A stretch of 64,000 bases of DNA from an uncultured Clostridia bacterium (GTDB lineage: Bacteria > Bacillota > Clostridia > Oscillospirales > Acutalibacteraceae). Shown here in pieces: positions 60,957 to 64,000 of this stretch; position 1 is the first letter of the stretch, and every line of letters begins with the position of its first letter. The stretch lies in contig CAMVDB010000002.1 of NCBI GenBank assembly GCA_947166135.1, positions 14,189-78,188 on the forward strand, in the 5' to 3' direction. The notes below the pieces were generated by a model. It had not been told where the DNA came from. It saw only the letters and a list, made by a program, of their open reading frames with translations, and searched no databases. A program made the position numbers and the translations under genes.

Positions 60957-61780
60957 GCAGAGTGAAGCGGTTTTTCCGCACCTATACGCCCTTCACCCGA
61001 GCGGGTATGCAGGAGATGGTCGCCTACCGTGCGAATTTCCTGTGCTTTCTGATCGGTGAGATCATGGCGTCGTTCATCATGTACTTCGTTTGGAAGGCGG
61101 TGTTCGACAGCTCCGGGAGCGAGACCTTCATGGGCTTTACGATGGAGGATATGGTCGTCTACCTGTTTATCACCTTCTTAGCGGGCTATCTGACCTATTC
61201 CGACGGCGCGTTCACGGTAGGGGAGGAGATCATCGACGGCTCGATCGCCATGCGCATGATCCGCCCGTGTTCATTCGAGATGTGCTTTCTGTTTCAGGAG
61301 CTCGGTAATCGCATTATTTCCGTTTCGATGATCTTTGTGCCGATCGTAGCGGGCGTTGAGATCTACCGCTATGTTCAGGCGGGAGAGGTTCGTTTTCAAC
61401 CGATCTATTTCCTTCTGTTTCTGCTTAGCCTTGTGTTCGCCTATATGATCTCTTTCTATTTTAATGTATGCTACGGCTTTATGGCGTTCTTCTTCAAGAA
61501 CCTCTGGGGCACTACGCTGATCAAGGAGACGGTCGTCAATTTCCTTTCGGGAGCGATCGTTCCGTTGGCGTTTCTGCCGGCGGGCCTTGCGAACGTGCTG
61601 AACTTCTTGCCGTTTGCATCACTCTCCTATACCCCCGTGATGATATACATGGGGATGTACAGCTATTCTGAGATCGCGTGGCGTATGGGCTTACAGATAT
61701 TCTGGCTGCTTGTCATGTACGGACTGTCGAAGCTGATCTGGCGCAGTGCTGTCCGTCACCTGAGTGTACAGGGAGGTTGA
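60953..61780 (+). CDS. ABC-2 exporter permease (DUF990/ABC2_membrane_6 type)
   Basis: MVAYRANF, IGEEIIDGSIAMRMIRP-like segment, FLSGAIVPLAFLP and LPFASLSYTPV motifs. Confidence 0.85.
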   Translation: MSRVKRFFRTYTPFTRAGMQEMVAYRANFLCFLIGEIMASFIMYFVWKAVFDSSGSETFMGFTMEDMVVYLFITFLAGYLTYSDGAFTVGEEIIDGSIAMRMIRPCSFEMCFLFQELGNRIISVSMIFVPIVAGVEIYRYVQAGEVRFQPIYFLLFLLSLVFAYMISFYFNVCYGFMAFFFKNLWGTTLIKETVVNFLSGAIVPLAFLPAGLANVLNFLPFASLSYTPVMIYMGMYSYSEIAWRMGLQIFWLLVMYGLSKLIWRSAVRHLSVQGG

Positions 61781-61783
61781 GCT

Positions 61784-62575
61784 ATGATGCGATATATACG
61801 ACTCCACCGCATTTTCATCGCCCAGTATCTCAAGCGGCTGATGGAGTACAAGGTCGATTTTATGCTCGGCGCGATCGGCTTGCTGATCGCTCAGGGTATG
61901 CAGCTGATCTTCCTCGGCATCATCTTCAGCGCGATCCCCGCCCTCAAGGGATGGCAGTTTGAAGAAGTACTGTTCATCTATGGCTTTTCTCTGGTGCCCA
62001 AGACCATCGACCACCTCTTTACCGATAACCTCTGGATGGTCGGTTACCGTATCATCCGCAAGGGCGAGTTCGACAAGTACCTGACCCGCCCGATCAATAC
62101 ACTGTATCATGTGATCGCCGAGAACTTCTGCGTCGACGCATTCGGAGAGCTGCTGACCTGTATTCTCCTGCTTGCGTATTCGATCCCGAAGCTCAGTATT
62201 CCGTTCCACTGGTATACGATCCCGCTGTTTCTTATTGTATCGATATTTGCGACGCTGATCTACACATCACTGAAGATCATGACCTCTGCGATCTCCTTCT
62301 GGACGAAGGCGAGCGGTCATATCACCCACATGCTGTATATGACTAACGACTTCGGCAAATACCCTGTCACGATCTATAATAAGGCGGTACAGGCGCTGAT
62401 CACCTACGTGATCCCCTTCGCCTTTACCGCGTACTTTCCCGCAACCTATTTTCTGACGGGCAAGAATCCTCTTTTCTGCCTCGGAGGCACTGTGATCGCC
62501 GGTACGGTGCTGTTCCTTCTGGCGATCTTCGTCTGGAACAGAGGACTCAGAGCCTACGAGTCCGCCGGATCGTAG
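61784..62575 (+). CDS. ABC-2 exporter permease (DUF990/ABC2_membrane_6 type), second subunit
   Basis: LMEYKVDF, IRKGEFDKYLTRPIN, FGKYPVTIY and RGLRAYESAGS motifs. Confidence 0.85.
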   Translation: MMRYIRLHRIFIAQYLKRLMEYKVDFMLGAIGLLIAQGMQLIFLGIIFSAIPALKGWQFEEVLFIYGFSLVPKTIDHLFTDNLWMVGYRIIRKGEFDKYLTRPINTLYHVIAENFCVDAFGELLTCILLLAYSIPKLSIPFHWYTIPLFLIVSIFATLIYTSLKIMTSAISFWTKASGHITHMLYMTNDFGKYPVTIYNKAVQALITYVIPFAFTAYFPATYFLTGKNPLFCLGGTVIAGTVLFLLAIFVWNRGLRAYESAGS

Positions 62576-62663
62576 ATTAGCTCAAAGCTTAAAGCGAACA
62601 AGTGTATCGAATAAAGCAAAGTTGTGATTCGAAGAGATCTTTCCGAATCAACTCCTAACTATC

Positions 62664-63755
62664 ATGAATCCTTTTATCTATTATTCTTCTGAAGAAAAAA
62701 CAGAATATGTGACTTCCCGATGTTCGCTGAATCGCGCCGTCATGCAGAAGCTCCCCTTGTACGGGATCGAGGATGAGCTCGAGGGCTTGGCTTATAAGGA
62801 TATTTTTTCCACGCCGCTTCTGGTTGCCGAGATCCGCCGTGTGTCACGTCGATTCGGTATTGACCTGAACGAGCTTCCCGACCGACAGCTCCCGTTCCTT
62901 GTTGATGAAGGGCTTGTTTCCGGTGATATGCGTCGTCGTCAGATGGCGGAGCATGTGGTGAAGCGTTTCGGTACGCGCCTCGGACTCCTTTTGCTTGCGC
63001 TCAGGATGGGGGAGAAGGAGAACCGCCTCGCTCGCCCCGAATGGGACGACGCTTGTTGGGATTACTGGCGCGATCTTGATACTGTCATCCTTACCGGAGG
63101 TCTTGCGAGCTCTATGCTCGGCAGACGCTTTAAGGAGTATATCCACCGGGTCTTTGACCGAGCGGGTGAGAGATGTTATCATATCCGCCTGTTCGATAAC
63201 GGCAGTTACCTCGGTATCATGGGACTTGCTCAGCGTTTGCTCAGTGATAACACCGCCGCCCTGGTGTTCGATATGGGGCATACGGGCTGGAAGCGCGCTT
63301 TGGTTCGTATGGGTACGGGTGAGATCGCGGGTTTTACGCCGATGGAGAGCCTACCGTCGCGTTATATGGAGAACCGATTTAATAACCCCGCTGAACAGCT
63401 TCGGTTGGCGATCGAGCTCCATCGATATATCGTCAATACCGTAGCGTCTTCCTACCGTGAACTGACGCAGAAGCTCGAGCTCTGTGATACCATCCTGATC
63501 AGCATCGCCAATTACACCCGCGGCGGCGTTCTCGACAGCGAGCACGGCGGATACGCAAAGCTCAGTCTTCTCAATACCGATTACGGACAACTGCTGGAGG
63601 AGGAACTCTCGGATGAGCTGCACCGTGAACTCAGAGTACGGCTGGTGCATGACGCTACCGCCACGGCACTGTACTTCGATGAAGTGCGGAACGCTGCCTG
63701 TATCACGCTTGGTACCGGCTTCGGCGTCGGATTTCCCGAGATCCGCATCGGTTAG
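62664..63755 (+). CDS. ROK/ASKHA-like protein with circularly permuted motif order
   Basis: VILTGGLAS and DNGSYLGIMG come before LVFDMGHT, VRLVHDATATAL and ITLGTGFGVG. Start codon uncertain (no clear RBS). Confidence 0.7.
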   Translation: MNPFIYYSSEEKTEYVTSRCSLNRAVMQKLPLYGIEDELEGLAYKDIFSTPLLVAEIRRVSRRFGIDLNELPDRQLPFLVDEGLVSGDMRRRQMAEHVVKRFGTRLGLLLLALRMGEKENRLARPEWDDACWDYWRDLDTVILTGGLASSMLGRRFKEYIHRVFDRAGERCYHIRLFDNGSYLGIMGLAQRLLSDNTAALVFDMGHTGWKRALVRMGTGEIAGFTPMESLPSRYMENRFNNPAEQLRLAIELHRYIVNTVASSYRELTQKLELCDTILISIANYTRGGVLDSEHGGYAKLSLLNTDYGQLLEEELSDELHRELRVRLVHDATATALYFDEVRNAACITLGTGFGVGFPEIRIG

Positions 63756-64000
63756 TACCCTCTATACATATTTATATATCATTCTCAGGAGCTGTCGTTT
63801 CATTATCGAACGGCTCCTGATTATTTTTGTGCAAAAAAATGACAGCTTTGTCATTATCACCAAATAATCGGCCGAAAGATTGTGCAATTCATGAAGCGCT
63901 TTTTCGTTTATTTATTCCTCCCTTTATGGTATAATGTCTTTAATTGGAATAGTATGTGCTATTACTGTTCCATAGAACGTTTTTCAAAAGGAGAGGATTA

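Overview
A 64-kb chromosomal stretch from an anaerobic, probably spore-forming Clostridia bacterium (Ruminococcus/Oscillospiraceae-like; inferred from gene content, SigE-type promoters and CIRCE). It is mostly housekeeping genes. In order: 3' end of mcsB and clpC; a tarIJ-licD-tagGH ribitol-phosphate cell-wall polymer operon; potABCD; an orphan sdpR-sdpI pair; two distinct class III ribonucleotide reductase operons (nrdD-nrdG twice) plus nrdR, with NrdR boxes; [FeFe]-hydrogenase maturation genes (TM1266-like, hydG, hydF); the yabO-yabP-yabQ-divIC-S1-hpf cluster; groESL; spore coat genes; putP/TetR; alr-polA; LMW phosphatase-rimI-tsaD-ruvX; cadA/cadC; glgBCDA; rny; and an ABC-2 exporter operon followed by an unusual ROK-like gene. 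I saw no rRNA, tRNA, CRISPR array, prophage or intact transposase. Non-autonomous repeats are present: two TA-flanked MITE-like elements, three GTAG-type REPs and two other palindromic elements. The most interesting observations are: (1) a ROK/ASKHA sugar-kinase-like protein whose motifs are in circularly permuted order, directly downstream of (2) an ABC-2 exporter whose 5' leader holds an apparently leaderless 14-codon uORF overlapping a compact three-way-junction RNA; (3) a terminator-containing structured leader upstream of the hydrogenase maturation genes; and (4) a roughly 200-nt rod-like RNA in the rny leader. All RNA structures and motif matches were read by eye, not computed.
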